Assembly (NCBI GenBank): GCA_963717145.1 | Contig: OY970325.1 | Coordinates: 4,224,001 to 4,288,000 of the forward strand | DNA: 64,000 nt | Direction: 5' to 3' | From: an uncultured Armatimonadetes bacterium | GTDB taxonomy: Bacteria > Armatimonadota > UBA5829 > DTJY01 | In this document: one piece after another, positions 10,708-20,666 of the stretch | Layout of the letters: each line of letters opens with the position of its first letter | How positions within the stretch are numbered: the first letter of the stretch is position 1 | The notes under the pieces: generated by a model | Seen by the model: only the letters and a program-made list of their open reading frames with translations | Databases searched by the model: none | What the model was told of the DNA's origin: nothing | Translations under genes and position numbers: made by a program

Positions 10708-12060
10708 CTACCCCGCGTCGTCCATGCACCGCTTGATGAAGCTGGTGGAGAGTTCGCCGCGCCGGTAGAATGCGTTCGCCATGATCTTCAGATGGAACGG
10801 TATGTTCGTCTTCAGTCCGGATATGTGAAACTCCTCCAGACAGCGGGTCATTCTGCTGATGGCCTCGTCACGGTCGCGGCCCCACACGATCAGTTTTGCG
10901 AGCAGCGAGTCGTAGTACGGCGGAACGGTGTACCCGGGGTAGATATGTGTATCGAGGCGCACACCGAGTCCGCCTGGGAAGAAGATCTCCTCGATCTTGC
11001 CCGATGAGGGGGCGAAATCCTTATCAGGGTCTTCAGCCGTAATGCGGCACTCGATTGCATGGCCGCTGATGCGCACGTTCTTCTGGCTGAGCGTGAGCTT
11101 CTCGCCCGCGGCGATCCTGATCTGCTCCTTCAAGAGATCGAGCCCCGTGACGAACTCGGTGACCGGGTGCTCGACCTGGATGCGTGTGTTCATCTCCATG
11201 AAATAGAAGTTGTTCTTCGAGTCGAGCAGGAATTCGACGGTCCCTGCGTTGGAGTATCCACAGGTTCTGGCCGCCTTGACCGCCGCCTCGCCCATCTTGG
11301 AGCGCAGGCTCGGGCTCACGGCGATCGACGGAGACTCCTCTAGCATCTTCTGGTGCCGCTGGTTCTGGACCGAGCACTCGCGCTCGCCGAGGTGAATCAC
11401 ATGGCCATGCTCATCGGCCAGGATCTGTACCTCGATATGACGCGGCTCCTCCAGGAACTTCTCCATGTACACGTCTGGGTTGCCGAACGCGGCCTCGGCC
11501 TCGGTCTGGGCGATCTTGAGGACGCGGGAAAGCTCCTCCTCGTTCTGAACGAGTCGGATGCCTTTGCCACCACCGCCCGACGAGGCCTTAATCATCACAG
11601 GATAGCCCATTCTGGACGCAAGCTTGAAGGCCTCCTGTTCGCCCTGGAGGATGCCCTTCGTGCCGGGGATTACCGGGACTCCGGACGATATCATCATCTC
11701 GCGGGCCCTGGCCTTGTCGCCCATTTTTTCGATGCACGACGGCTTCGGGCCGATGAACTTGATCTTGCAGGCCTCGCACGCCTCAGCGAAGCTCGGGACC
11801 TCGGAAAAGTAGCCGTACCCGGGATGGATGGCGTCGGCGCCCGTGATCACTGCCGCACTGATGATGTTGGGCGCGTTCAGATAGCTGTCCTTGCTGGACG
11901 GCGGACCGACGCAAATGGCTTCATCTGCGAGTCGCACGTGCAGGGAATCCGCGTCGGCCTGGGAGTAGACCGCGACGGTGGCGATCTTCATCTCATGGCA
12001 GGCGCGGATCACTCGGACGGCGATCTCTCCGCGATTTGCGATCAGAATCTTCTTGAACAT
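10708..12060 (-). CDS. accC: Acetyl-CoA carboxylase biotin carboxylase
   Basis: [45 protein letters not shown]. Confidence 0.97.
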   Translation of the reverse strand: MFKKILIANRGEIAVRVIRACHEMKIATVAVYSQADADSLHVRLADEAICVGPPSSKDSYLNAPNIISAAVITGADAIHPGYGYFSEVPSFAEACEACKIKFIGPKPSCIEKMGDKARAREMMISSGVPVIPGTKGILQGEQEAFKLASRMGYPVMIKASSGGGGKGIRLVQNEEELSRVLKIAQTEAEAAFGNPDVYMEKFLEEPRHIEVQILADEHGHVIHLGERECSVQNQRHQKMLEESPSIAVSPSLRSKMGEAAVKAARTCGYSNAGTVEFLLDSKNNFYFMEMNTRIQVEHPVTEFVTGLDLLKEQIRIAAGEKLTLSQKNVRISGHAIECRITAEDPDKDFAPSSGKIEEIFFPGGLGVRLDTHIYPGYTVPPYYDSLLAKLIVWGRDRDEAISRMTRCLEEFHISGLKTNIPFHLKIMANAFYRRGELSTSFIKRCMDDAG

Positions 12061-12074
12061 CAGTGCTCCGAATG

Positions 12075-12160
12075 ATCTATGGTCTATGGTCTATGGTCTA
12101 TGGTTGATGGCGGAGGGATGCGCGGCTTCATCCGCCATCAACCATCAACCATCAACCATG
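12075..12160. repeat. Inverted pair of heptamer arrays (CTATGGT)n / (ACCATCA)n
   Basis: ctatggtctatggtctatggtctatggttgatggcgga ... tccgccatcaaccatcaaccatcaaccat. Confidence 0.8.
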
Positions 12161-12164
12161 CTAT

Positions 12165-12545
12165 TCAGTACCCCTCATGCCCGGGAGTGCTGCATGACAC
12201 TCGTCCGGTGGACGCATCGTAGGTATACTCCTTGCCTGAGATCGGGCACTTGGTGACCGCCGACATGCTCGGCCCCAGGTCCGCGAGCGAGGCCGGCACG
12301 CGGCCCTCCTCGCCGGACGACTTCTCCATCTCGATGGCGTTACGGATCTGGTTCAGGTTGTTCCGGCAGTCAACGCTTTCCGCCTGGCCGATCGGGGTAT
12401 GTACCCGGTCCGGTCCGTTCTTGCCCTTGCCTCCACCGATGTAGCCAGGAAGGAGGAAGTATGCCGCAATGACGATGATCGCCACAACGACAACGATCTC
12501 GATGATCGCCCACTGACCGCGATTGTCTCTTAGCGCTCTCATCAC
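12165..12545 (-). CDS. Small pilin/pseudopilin-like protein
   Basis: Basic leader + RGQWAIIEIVVVVAII hydrophobic helix, CRNNLNQIR, C-terminal CP..G..Y....G.VSC...H. Confidence 0.6.
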   Translation of the reverse strand: MMRALRDNRGQWAIIEIVVVVAIIVIAAYFLLPGYIGGGKGKNGPDRVHTPIGQAESVDCRNNLNQIRNAIEMEKSSGEEGRVPASLADLGPSMSAVTKCPISGKEYTYDASTGRVSCSTPGHEGY

Positions 12546-12565
12546 GAGAGACCTCCCTCGGCGAA

Positions 12566-13000
12566 CTATGCCGCATCGAAGCGGAAGAGCGACTGCCCAT
12601 ACTCCACGGGCAGGCCGTCCTCCACCAGGACTTCGGCGATGACTCCTTCACGCTCGGAGATGACGTCGTTCATCAGCTTCATGGATTCTATCGCGCCGAC
12701 CGACTGACCTGCTTTGACGGCGACACCTTTTACCATCGAGTTGCCGGCGCTGTGGTAGATGCCGACCATCGGCGCCCTGACAAATGGGTCTGCGTCCACT
12801 GTCTCAGCGGGCTTTCCGGCTTCAGGCCGCGGCGGTTGGGCCTTCTCTGCCTGAGTTGGCGCAGATGCCACCGCGACCGGCTGCACTCTTGGCAGAGGCT
12901 TTCGCAGTCTGACCGTCGAGCCGTCCGCGGTCACCGCCAACTCGGATATCCCGGCCTCACGCACGATGCCGACCAGTTGCTCGATCTCTTCGATTTCCAT
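12566..13000 (-). CDS. accB: Biotin carboxyl carrier protein
   Basis: RAPMVGIY, IESMKLMN biotinylation motif, PVEYGQSLF. Confidence 0.93.
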   Translation of the reverse strand: MEIEEIEQLVGIVREAGISELAVTADGSTVRLRKPLPRVQPVAVASAPTQAEKAQPPRPEAGKPAETVDADPFVRAPMVGIYHSAGNSMVKGVAVKAGQSVGAIESMKLMNDVISEREGVIAEVLVEDGLPVEYGQSLFRFDAA

Positions 13001-13013
13001 TGACTTCTGACTC

Positions 13014-14132
13014 CTACATCTGCAATTCGAATACCGCGTACTCGATGGCTCTCAGGACATAGCTGACCAGGATGAGCCCGATGCAGATAATGAACAACCA
13101 CTCAACCGCATTGGATATCGCAGTCGGGTTCAGCCAGGGACTGCTTGCGACCTGTTCGGGCGACGGACCGAACGAGACGGTTCCAGCGAATTGGTCGGTG
13201 AGCGTCAGTGCCTTTGCAAGCAGAGCCTTCACCGGCCTGAGATATATCCACAGCAGGAGCACGACCCCCGGGAATGCCAGGGGACTGAGCATCCTGTATT
13301 TCTGCTTCTGGTGCTCGGTGTACAGGAAGCACTGCCTGCACCGGGCTCTCTTCTGCGCGGGCGTCAGGTTCTTCGTGAGACCGACGCTCGCGCTGCTGTA
13401 TCTCTGGTCGAAACCAGGTATTTTGCTGGTGTTGCTCCTCTGCAGTACCCGCAGGATCATGTTTTCGTCGCAGTAACAGCCGCTCTTGATCCTCCAGCAG
13501 GGCTTCCTTTGCTCGTAGGCCGTGCAGACCTTCCGGAGGTATTCGCGGCAGTACGGCATCTGCCAGCAGTACAGATAGAGTCGGCTCTTGGGAATCTCTT
13601 CCTTGGTCGCGGTTGCCCGGACCCTCTCGGCTTTCGGTGACCGGCTGACACCTCTGAGCTTCGCCCCGAAGTCCATCAGGATGAACGGCACGGCGATGAT
13701 CAAGGCAACTACGCCCACCAGTTGGATCTGCCTGATCGCAAAGACGGCCAGTTCGCCGGCCTTCAAGGTCATCGTCTGGACCATAGGCCCGATCATGGCG
13801 GCAACTCCCCAGTAGAGCACCGCGCCGGCGATCAGCAGTAGATAGCCGAGGACCTCCTCGTAGTAGAACCTTGCGGATGCGCCGATGATACAGGAGATCC
13901 CGCCGTAACCGAGGACTTTGCACGCGAAGATGACGTTCTTGGCGATCTGGAAGCGCTCCGCCGGCGAGAGGTTCATCGCCTCGTCTATCCGCCCTGTGAA
14001 CACTCCCCAGGCAACGTAGGCAATCCCGATGAAGAACGCGCCAGCGCCCCACGTAAACATCCGCTCGATGAGCGTGTAGACCGATTCCGGCATCCTGATG
14101 GGACGAGTCTTCTGTGGTCCTCTTGTCCCCAT
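13014..14132 (-). CDS. Membrane protein with Cys-rich soluble domain
   Basis: Several TM helices plus YCWQMPYC..C..CWRIKSGCYC..RCRQCFLY; RBS GGAGG upstream of ATG 14132. Confidence 0.75.
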   Translation of the reverse strand: MGTRGPQKTRPIRMPESVYTLIERMFTWGAGAFFIGIAYVAWGVFTGRIDEAMNLSPAERFQIAKNVIFACKVLGYGGISCIIGASARFYYEEVLGYLLLIAGAVLYWGVAAMIGPMVQTMTLKAGELAVFAIRQIQLVGVVALIIAVPFILMDFGAKLRGVSRSPKAERVRATATKEEIPKSRLYLYCWQMPYCREYLRKVCTAYEQRKPCWRIKSGCYCDENMILRVLQRSNTSKIPGFDQRYSSASVGLTKNLTPAQKRARCRQCFLYTEHQKQKYRMLSPLAFPGVVLLLWIYLRPVKALLAKALTLTDQFAGTVSFGPSPEQVASSPWLNPTAISNAVEWLFIICIGLILVSYVLRAIEYAVFELQM

Positions 14133-14146
14133 ACCGAATCCTCCGG

Positions 14147-14238
14147 CTTCCAACCGTAGGGGAGGGCTTCAACGCCCTCCCGGCGGCGCTGGGGTTCTCC
14201 CTCGGGAGGGCGTTGAAGCCCTCCCCTACGGTTGGAAG
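14147..14238. repeat. GTAG-type REP doublet (inverted)
   Basis: cttccaaccGTAGgggagggcttcaacgccctcccg / cgggagggcgttgaagccctcccCTACggttggaag. Confidence 0.9.
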
Positions 14239-14241
14239 ACC

Positions 14242-14799
14242 CTACTTGGCGCGTTCCAGGTAGGCATCGGTGCGCGTGTCTACCTTCAGCCTGTCGCCGA
14301 CATTGATGAAAAACGGCACCTGGATGACGGCCCCGGTCTCCAGAGTCGCCGGCTTCGAGCCACCGGATGCGGTGTCGCCTCGGACGCCCGGGTCGGTCTC
14401 GGTGACCTCGAGTTCGACGGTGATCGGGAGTTCCGCGCCGATCACACGCTCCTGATGGCTCAGCACGCTGACTTCCTGGCCCTCCTTCAGGTACTTCGCC
14501 GCATCCCCGAAAGATGACTTCTCGACCGCGATCTGGTCGAAGGTCTCGTTGTCCATCAGGTGATACTCGCCGTCCTGGCTGTAGAGGAACTGCATCGGCC
14601 TGCGTTCGAGGATCGCCTGATCCATCTTCTCGCCGGCTCGCCAGGTCTTGTCGACGACCGCCCCGGTTCGGAGGTTTTTGAGCTTGCTCCGGACGAACGC
14701 GCCGCCCTTACCCGGCTTCACGTGCTGGAAGTCCACTATCGTAAAGATGTCTCCATCGAGAATAATCGACAGACCGTTCCGAAAATCACTGGTATCCAT
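14242..14799 (-). CDS. efp: Elongation factor P
   Basis: FQHVKPGKGGAFVRSKL, TDPGVRGDTASGGSKPATLETG, VDTRT..Y. Confidence 0.97.
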   Translation of the reverse strand: MDTSDFRNGLSIILDGDIFTIVDFQHVKPGKGGAFVRSKLKNLRTGAVVDKTWRAGEKMDQAILERRPMQFLYSQDGEYHLMDNETFDQIAVEKSSFGDAAKYLKEGQEVSVLSHQERVIGAELPITVELEVTETDPGVRGDTASGGSKPATLETGAVIQVPFFINVGDRLKVDTRTDAYLERAK

Positions 14800-14884
14800 C
14801 AGGCAAAGAATCCTCCCATCGGGTCGCTGACGAACGGTGCATATCCGCTCGGGATGCAGCAAATTATAGCATATCGGACGGGCA

Positions 14885-14913
14885 TTGACAACTTCGGCGG
14901 GTCGGGCTATAAT
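14885..14913 (+). promoter_or_regulatory. Perfect consensus sigma70 promoter
   Basis: TTGACA (14885-14890), 17-nt spacer, TATAAT (14908-14913). Confidence 0.9.
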
Positions 14914-14926
14914 CGGAGTGGTGTAT

Positions 14927-14952
14927 GATTTGTATGAAAGTTCATACAAATC
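14927..14952. promoter_or_regulatory. Palindromic operator just downstream of the promoter
   Basis: GATTTGTATGAA-AG-TTCATACAAATC, perfect 12-bp arms. Confidence 0.75.
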
Positions 14953-14969
14953 CGAAAGAGGTGATTGTT

Positions 14970-15233
14970 TTGGCGGAACCCAAAGTCTGCAAGACAGGCA
15001 TGGACGAATGCTTCTTCGGGACGGTGAACGTCGGCGAGCGCGGTCAGGTCGTCATCCCGGCGGAGGCTCGGAAGAGGCTGGATATCCATACCGGCGACAA
15101 GCTGGTTATCATGAGCCACCCCAGCGGTCACGGGTTCATGCTGTTCAAGGTTGGGGCGATGCGGGAGTTCCTCGACTATCTGGCAGCCGGATTGAGCATG
15201 GCAGAGGCCGGCGGTAACGACCCGGAAACCTAG
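14970..15233 (+). CDS. AbrB/MazE/SpoVT-family DNA-binding protein
   Basis: FFGTVNVGERGQVVIPAEARKRLDIHTGDKL; TTG start after GAGGTG. Confidence 0.9.
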   Translation: MAEPKVCKTGMDECFFGTVNVGERGQVVIPAEARKRLDIHTGDKLVIMSHPSGHGFMLFKVGAMREFLDYLAAGLSMAEAGGNDPET

Positions 15234-15248
15234 AATGAAGGACGAACC

Positions 15249-16601
15249 ATGAAGAGAATGACGTTTTCTGACGGGATGCTGATTCGCGAGGCATGTGCCT
15301 GCTTGATTGTCGCCCTGCTCGCGATAGGCGCGCCGGTCTGCGCAGAGGTGATGACTCTGGAGCAGAGCGTGCAGTACGCGCTGGAGCACAACCCGGTCGT
15401 CGGTATTGCCGGCGAGAATATCAAGAGGTCGAAGGCACTGGTCGACCAGGCCTTGTCCGCGGGGATGCCCAAGGTTGATCTCACGGGCACTTACACCCGG
15501 TTGGACCAGGTTTCCTCGGTGTCGTTCGGCGGCAATTCGGTGAAGCTGAACTCGCTGGACAGTCAGTCCGCCGACTTGTCCGTGAAGCAGCCGATCGATG
15601 TGTTCGGTATCGTCAAGACAGGACTCCACGCCGCGAAGTTGAACAAGTCTTCAGTCCAGTATGAATACGATCAGGTGCGGAACGACACCACGCTCAGCGT
15701 CAAGGAGGCATACTACTCCGTCCTCAGGGCACAGCAGTTCCAGGGAGTCCGGGCCAGGCAGGTCGAGCAGCTCGAGGCTCACCTCAAGGATACTCAACTG
15801 AATCTCAAGGCCGGCACAGCCGCTCCATTCGACGTGCTGAGGGCCGAGACCGAGGTGGCCGACGCCAGGCAGGGCTTCATCACGGCGCAGAACGGAGTCG
15901 CACTCGCCAAAGCTGGGTTCAACAACACACTTGGTCGCAGTCTCGATGCCCCGGTCGAACTCGAGGAACCGGGACAGCCGCAGTTCATTGATCTCCAGCT
16001 CGCGCAGGTCCTCGATTCCGCCGCCGCCGCGCGTCCGGAGGTGCTCAGGATGCAGTCACAGCAGGGATTCACCAAGGATTTGGTGCAGATTGCCAGGAAG
16101 AGCGGCAAGCCTCAGATAAACCTGCTCTGGACGATGAACCAGAACCTGACGACCACCGTATTCAACCCGAGGCCGAATAGCTGGAGAGCGCTTGCGACGA
16201 TCTCGATGCCCCTCTACGACGGCGGGAAGACCAGAGCCGCGGTCGACCAGGCGAAATCCGAAGAGGCAAGCACCACGTTCGGGTACGAGCAAACGCTGTT
16301 GGGAGTGAAGCTCGATGCCCAGCAGGCATACCTCAGCACCAACGAGGGGCGGGAGAAGATCGCCGTCGCAGAGAAGGCGCTCGAGCAGGCCCGGGAGAGC
16401 ATGCGCCTTGCGGAAGTCCGTTACAGGGCGGGGGTCTCCACGCAGCTCGAGCTGTTTGACGCACAGACGGCCCTGACCCAGGCGGAGACGAACCATGTGA
16501 ACGCGGTGTATGATTACTACACGGCGATGGCGCAGCTCGAGAAGGCGGTCGGCGGACCGGATCAGATGGCGAAGTTGATCGGGTCGGCGGCGGGCACGTA
16601 G
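15249..16601 (+). CDS. TolC-family outer membrane efflux protein
   Basis: Signal peptide, TLEQSVQYALEHNP, PLYDGG, RYRAGVSTQLELFDAQ. Confidence 0.93.
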   Translation: MKRMTFSDGMLIREACACLIVALLAIGAPVCAEVMTLEQSVQYALEHNPVVGIAGENIKRSKALVDQALSAGMPKVDLTGTYTRLDQVSSVSFGGNSVKLNSLDSQSADLSVKQPIDVFGIVKTGLHAAKLNKSSVQYEYDQVRNDTTLSVKEAYYSVLRAQQFQGVRARQVEQLEAHLKDTQLNLKAGTAAPFDVLRAETEVADARQGFITAQNGVALAKAGFNNTLGRSLDAPVELEEPGQPQFIDLQLAQVLDSAAAARPEVLRMQSQQGFTKDLVQIARKSGKPQINLLWTMNQNLTTTVFNPRPNSWRALATISMPLYDGGKTRAAVDQAKSEEASTTFGYEQTLLGVKLDAQQAYLSTNEGREKIAVAEKALEQARESMRLAEVRYRAGVSTQLELFDAQTALTQAETNHVNAVYDYYTAMAQLEKAVGGPDQMAKLIGSAAGT

Positions 16602-16664
16602 GGGCGAAGCATTGGCCCACCGGATAGATGCCAACCCCACGGCCTGGTCGCCAATGCTTCGCCC
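16598..16664. repeat. GTAG-type REP element
   Basis: GTAGgggcgaagcattggc ... gccaatgcttcgccc. Confidence 0.7.
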
Positions 16665-16696
16665 GGATACGACCAGGCGTAAGATGGGAACTCACG

Positions 16697-17647
16697 ATGC
16701 CTGACATAGTACTCGAAACAATGAGTCTTACCAAGGATTTCGGCGGCCGACGCGCGGTCGACGACTTGAGCCTGCAAGTGCGCGCCGGGGATATCTACGG
16801 CTTCCTCGGCCCGAATGGCGCAGGGAAGAGCACCACCATCCGCATGCTTGTCGGCCTCGTCAGGCCGACGCAGGGCTCGTCGCGGCTGTTCGACACCGAT
16901 GTTCAGGTCGAGCACAAGAAGGCGCTCGGGCGGATCGGGGCGCTGGTGGAGTCGCCGAGCTTCTACATCTACCTGTCAGCGCGGGAGAACCTGAGGATGC
17001 TGTCGCGGCTCTCCGGGACATGCACGGATCAGCGGATCGATGAGGCGCTCGATCTCGTCGGACTGCTGGATAGGGCGCGCGACAAGGTGAGGACGTTCTC
17101 TCACGGGATGCGTCAGCGGCTCGGGATCGCTCAGGCGCTCCTGCCCGACCCGGAACTGATCGTCCTGGACGAGCCGACGGTTGGCCTCGATCCCGAGGGG
17201 ATGAAGCACGTGCGCGAGTTGATCCTTCACCTGGCGAAGGATTGTGGCAAGACGGTCTTCCTTTCGAGCCATCTCCTGCACGAGGTGGAGCAGGTCTGCT
17301 CGCGGGTCGGCGTCATCAACCGGGGCGCGCTTGTCGCCGAGGGGGATGTCTCTACGCTGCTCCGAGCTGAGTCCGGGCTGATCGAAATGCGAGTCGGTGA
17401 TCCGGATCGGACGGTGCAGTTGTTGGATTCGATCCCGGATGTCAAAGTCGTGGGTCGGGAGGGGGACACACTGTCCCTTCGAATCCCGCCGGACCTCGTG
17501 CCGGGGTTGAACCGGGCGATCGTGCAGGCGGATATCGATCTGTATTCGGTGGCCGCGAAGGCGACGAGCCTCGAGGATTTCTACCTGAACCTCGTTCAGG
17601 AGGATGCTGATGCTGCTGAGAATCGAATTTCTGAAACTCTGGCTTAA
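16697..17647 (+). CDS. ABC transporter ATP-binding protein
   Basis: GPNGAGKST, FSHGMRQRL, LDEPTVGLD, SSH. Confidence 0.95.
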   Translation: MPDIVLETMSLTKDFGGRRAVDDLSLQVRAGDIYGFLGPNGAGKSTTIRMLVGLVRPTQGSSRLFDTDVQVEHKKALGRIGALVESPSFYIYLSARENLRMLSRLSGTCTDQRIDEALDLVGLLDRARDKVRTFSHGMRQRLGIAQALLPDPELIVLDEPTVGLDPEGMKHVRELILHLAKDCGKTVFLSSHLLHEVEQVCSRVGVINRGALVAEGDVSTLLRAESGLIEMRVGDPDRTVQLLDSIPDVKVVGREGDTLSLRIPPDLVPGLNRAIVQADIDLYSVAAKATSLEDFYLNLVQEDADAAENRISETLA

Positions 17648-18434
17648 GCCCAGAACATATATCGGTTTCGCGGGAATGGCGGCGGTCATCGCGCTGATGT
17701 TCCTCGCGATGAAATTCGGCCATCCATTCCGGCACATGGAAGCGACTCTCGAGCAGCGAGGTTTCATCGTTGCAGGCACGTTCCTCAATGCAGAGTTTGT
17801 AGTGCATCACCTGATCCGTGGGGTAGTTCTTCTGTTCCTTCCGCTGTTCTCGGCGATGGTGTTCGGAGACCTGATCGCCTCCGAAGCAGCGGACGGAACG
17901 ATGCGTACGATGCTCTGCCGGCCGGTCAGCAGGATCGCCGTCGGAATTGCGAAGTACCTGACAGGCATCGGATATGTGCTGGCGCTCACATTTGGGACCG
18001 GGATCGCGGCGTTTCTGGCGGGCTGGCTGGTTTTCGGCAAGGGCAACCTCGTCTCCGTTGAAAGCGGGATGTGGATATTCACGGAACAGGAGGCCATTCC
18101 AAGGCTGATTGCGGCCTACGGGCTGGCTGCGGTTTCGGCGCTGGCGGTCGGAAGCATCGCGTTTGCGCTGTCGAGTTTCCTGTCGAACGCCGGCGGCGCG
18201 ATTATCGGAGCGATGGTCGTGCTGTACGGGCTGAGGATCATCAGCCTCATGGACTATTTCGAGTCGATCCAGCCGTATCTGTTCACGAGCTATCTCGACT
18301 CGTGGGAAGGCCTGTTCGTCACTCCGATCCTGTCCGCGGACATATGGCGCTCGGCAGGAGTGACGCTGACATACTCGGTCGTGTTCTGTGCGGTGGGACT
18401 GGCCATCTTCCGGCGTAAGGATGTTCTATCATGA
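17604..18434 (+). CDS. ABC-2 type permease
   Basis: About 6 TM helices; IASEAADGTMRTMLCRPVSR; C-terminal FRRKDV. Confidence 0.9.
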   Translation: MLMLLRIEFLKLWLKPRTYIGFAGMAAVIALMFLAMKFGHPFRHMEATLEQRGFIVAGTFLNAEFVVHHLIRGVVLLFLPLFSAMVFGDLIASEAADGTMRTMLCRPVSRIAVGIAKYLTGIGYVLALTFGTGIAAFLAGWLVFGKGNLVSVESGMWIFTEQEAIPRLIAAYGLAAVSALAVGSIAFALSSFLSNAGGAIIGAMVVLYGLRIISLMDYFESIQPYLFTSYLDSWEGLFVTPILSADIWRSAGVTLTYSVVFCAVGLAIFRRKDVLS

Positions 18435-19129
18435 AGAGAGGATTGCGGATCTGGATGCTCGCCGCCTTGGTGCTCGCATCGGGCGGAGTTTACGCGCGCA
18501 CGATGACCGCGCAGGAGATCGTCAATCGCGCCGCCGACGAATATGACCGCGTCAAGGACTACACGGTCGATGCAAAGGTGGCAGTCAGCGCGCCGGATGT
18601 CCATGTGCCGGTGACGAACGTCAAGGTCTATTTCAAGAAGCCGGACAAACTGCACGTCGAGAGCAAGAGCGGTTTCGCCGTCCTTCCCAAGCAGGGATTG
18701 GTCGCCGGGAACCCGCTCCGCAACCTCGTGAAGAACTCGGGGTTGAGTCTCGCGGGTTCGGAGCGCGCTCTCAATCGGGACTGCTATCTGATCAAGGCGG
18801 TGCTCGATCAGGGCGGCGGCCAGACTGCGCGGGCCAGGATCTACATCGACAAAGAGCGCTGGGTCGTCGTCCAGATGTTTGTGGACGCCCGCACCGGGCC
18901 GTCGCTCAGGCTCAGCATCTGGTACTCGCGGATCGGCGGCAAGTACTGGATGCCGTCGAAATCGCTGGCGGTGGTCGAGTTCCCCAGAATGCAGATGGAT
19001 CCTGACGCGAGGAACAAGGTGACGGAGGACAAGACAAAGCCCTCCAAGCCGAGCACCGTCACGGTACAGTTCTCGAACTACAAGATCAACGTTGGGTTGA
19101 GTGACAAGATATTCCGGAAGAAGACATGA
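18431..19129 (+). CDS. LolA-like/outer membrane lipoprotein-sorting protein
   Basis: Signal peptide, VYFKKPDKLHVE, FSNYKINVGLSDKIF. Confidence 0.75.
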   Translation: MKRGLRIWMLAALVLASGGVYARTMTAQEIVNRAADEYDRVKDYTVDAKVAVSAPDVHVPVTNVKVYFKKPDKLHVESKSGFAVLPKQGLVAGNPLRNLVKNSGLSLAGSERALNRDCYLIKAVLDQGGGQTARARIYIDKERWVVVQMFVDARTGPSLRLSIWYSRIGGKYWMPSKSLAVVEFPRMQMDPDARNKVTEDKTKPSKPSTVTVQFSNYKINVGLSDKIFRKKT

Positions 19130-19142
19130 CAGTTCGACCGCC

Positions 19143-19209
19143 GTTGGGGATGGAGTTGGACTCCATCCCCCTTAGTGGGCGGGGATGGAGTCCAACTCCA
19201 TCCCCAACG
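19143..19209. repeat. Inverted pair of GGAGTTG(G/T)ACTCC palindromes
   Basis: gttggggatggagttggactccatcccc ... ggggatggagtccaactccatccccaac. Confidence 0.85.
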
Positions 19210-19238
19210 GCGGTCGAAGTCAAAGAAGGAGCAGCCAG

Positions 19239-20666
19239 GTGAGAAGAACAGCCATAATCGCAGCTATAATCCTGATGGCATTGGTTTTCGTGGTCATGGG
19301 CACGATGCGCAAGAAGCCCAAAGAGAAGCCGAAGCCCGATGCCGGCGTTTCAGTCCAGGTCGGATACGCGCGGACGGGCAACATGGCCCTGACCATCGAT
19401 GTGTCCGGGAGCATCAAGGCCCTCAAGGCGGTGGAGGTCTCCGCGAAGACCACCGGCCGAGTCGTGTCGGTCCCGTTCCGCGAGGGCGACGTCGTCCGCG
19501 CGGGACAGGTCGTTGTCCAGCAGGACACATCCGACCTGCGAGCGCAGGTCCGGCAAGCCGATGCAGGCGTGCAGGCGGCGCGCGCGAGGCTGTCACAGGC
19601 GATGACCTCGGAGAGCGTGTCGGATACGCAGACCGAGGCGCAGATCGCGTCGGCCAGAGCAGCGCTCGAGGGCGCCAAGGCGCGTCTGCAACTCATCAAG
19701 AGCGGCGCGCGCACTCAAGAGAAAGCCCAGGCCGAAAGCGCGGTCGCGTCGGCGAAGGCGGCTTTCGAGAACGCCAAGTCCAACCGCGACCGGATGCGCT
19801 CGCTGTTCCTGGAGGGAGCCCTGAGTCCGCAGCAGATGGACCAGGCGCAGACCCAGTATGAGGTCGCGTCGGCCCAGTACGAGAGCGCCAAGCAGCAGCT
19901 CAGTCTGGTGCAGGAGGGCGCTCGCCCTGAGGAGGTCCAGGCCGCGGAGAACCAGGTTCAGCAGGCCGAGGAAGCCCTCAGGATCGCCCGGACCGGCAAA
20001 GTAAACAAGGCCCTGCGGCTGGAAGACATCAAGGCGGCGAAGGCCGGACTCGCTCTGTCCGAGGCCACCCGCGCATACGCGAGACAGCAGTTGGCCAATG
20101 CGTCGATCAAGGCCCCGATCACCGGCACGGTATCGAGTCGCATGACCGAGCCCGGCCAGATGGCAAACTCGGGCAACACGTTGATCGAACTGGTGGCGCT
20201 CAACACGGTCTATTTCGATGCGACTGTCTCCGAGATGGACATGCACAGGATCAGGATCGGCCAGCCGGTCAAGGTGCTGATCGACGCGCTTCCCGGCAAG
20301 ACGTTCATGGGCAGCGTGCTCAAGATCCTGCCGACCGCCGAGCAAGGCAGCCGGCAGTTCCACGTCTGGGTCGCGGTGCCCAACAGGGGCGGAGAGCTTA
20401 GGCCGGGTATGTTCTCGCGAGGAAGCATCCAGATCGACGAGCACAAGAACACAGTGGTTGTGCCGAAGGACGCTGTCACTATCAGCGGGGACGGGTTCTC
20501 CGTGTATGTCGTATCGCAGTCGAAGGCGCGTCTGCAGCAGGTCACCCTCGGGTTCACAACTAGAGAGGAAGTGGAGATACTGTCCGGCGTCTCAGTGGGC
20601 GATGAACTCGTCGTGCTCGGCCAGGACAGACTCTCCGATGGAGTGAAAGTAAATGTGGCTGACTAA
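19239..20666 (+). CDS. RND periplasmic adaptor (membrane fusion protein)
   Basis: N-terminal TM, lipoyl halves (GRVVSVPFREGDVV; IKAPITGTV), long coiled coil, LRPGMF; GTG start after AAGGAG. Confidence 0.92.
   Translation: MRRTAIIAAIILMALVFVVMGTMRKKPKEKPKPDAGVSVQVGYARTGNMALTIDVSGSIKALKAVEVSAKTTGRVVSVPFREGDVVRAGQVVVQQDTSDLRAQVRQADAGVQAARARLSQAMTSESVSDTQTEAQIASARAALEGAKARLQLIKSGARTQEKAQAESAVASAKAAFENAKSNRDRMRSLFLEGALSPQQMDQAQTQYEVASAQYESAKQQLSLVQEGARPEEVQAAENQVQQAEEALRIARTGKVNKALRLEDIKAAKAGLALSEATRAYARQQLANASIKAPITGTVSSRMTEPGQMANSGNTLIELVALNTVYFDATVSEMDMHRIRIGQPVKVLIDALPGKTFMGSVLKILPTAEQGSRQFHVWVAVPNRGGELRPGMFSRGSIQIDEHKNTVVVPKDAVTISGDGFSVYVVSQSKARLQQVTLGFTTREEVEILSGVSVGDELVVLGQDRLSDGVKVNVAD

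Noticed and set aside
19185-19238. Upstream ATG start for the adaptor gene
   Set aside because: It lies inside a palindromic repeat; GTG 19239 has the RBS and precedes the TM segment.
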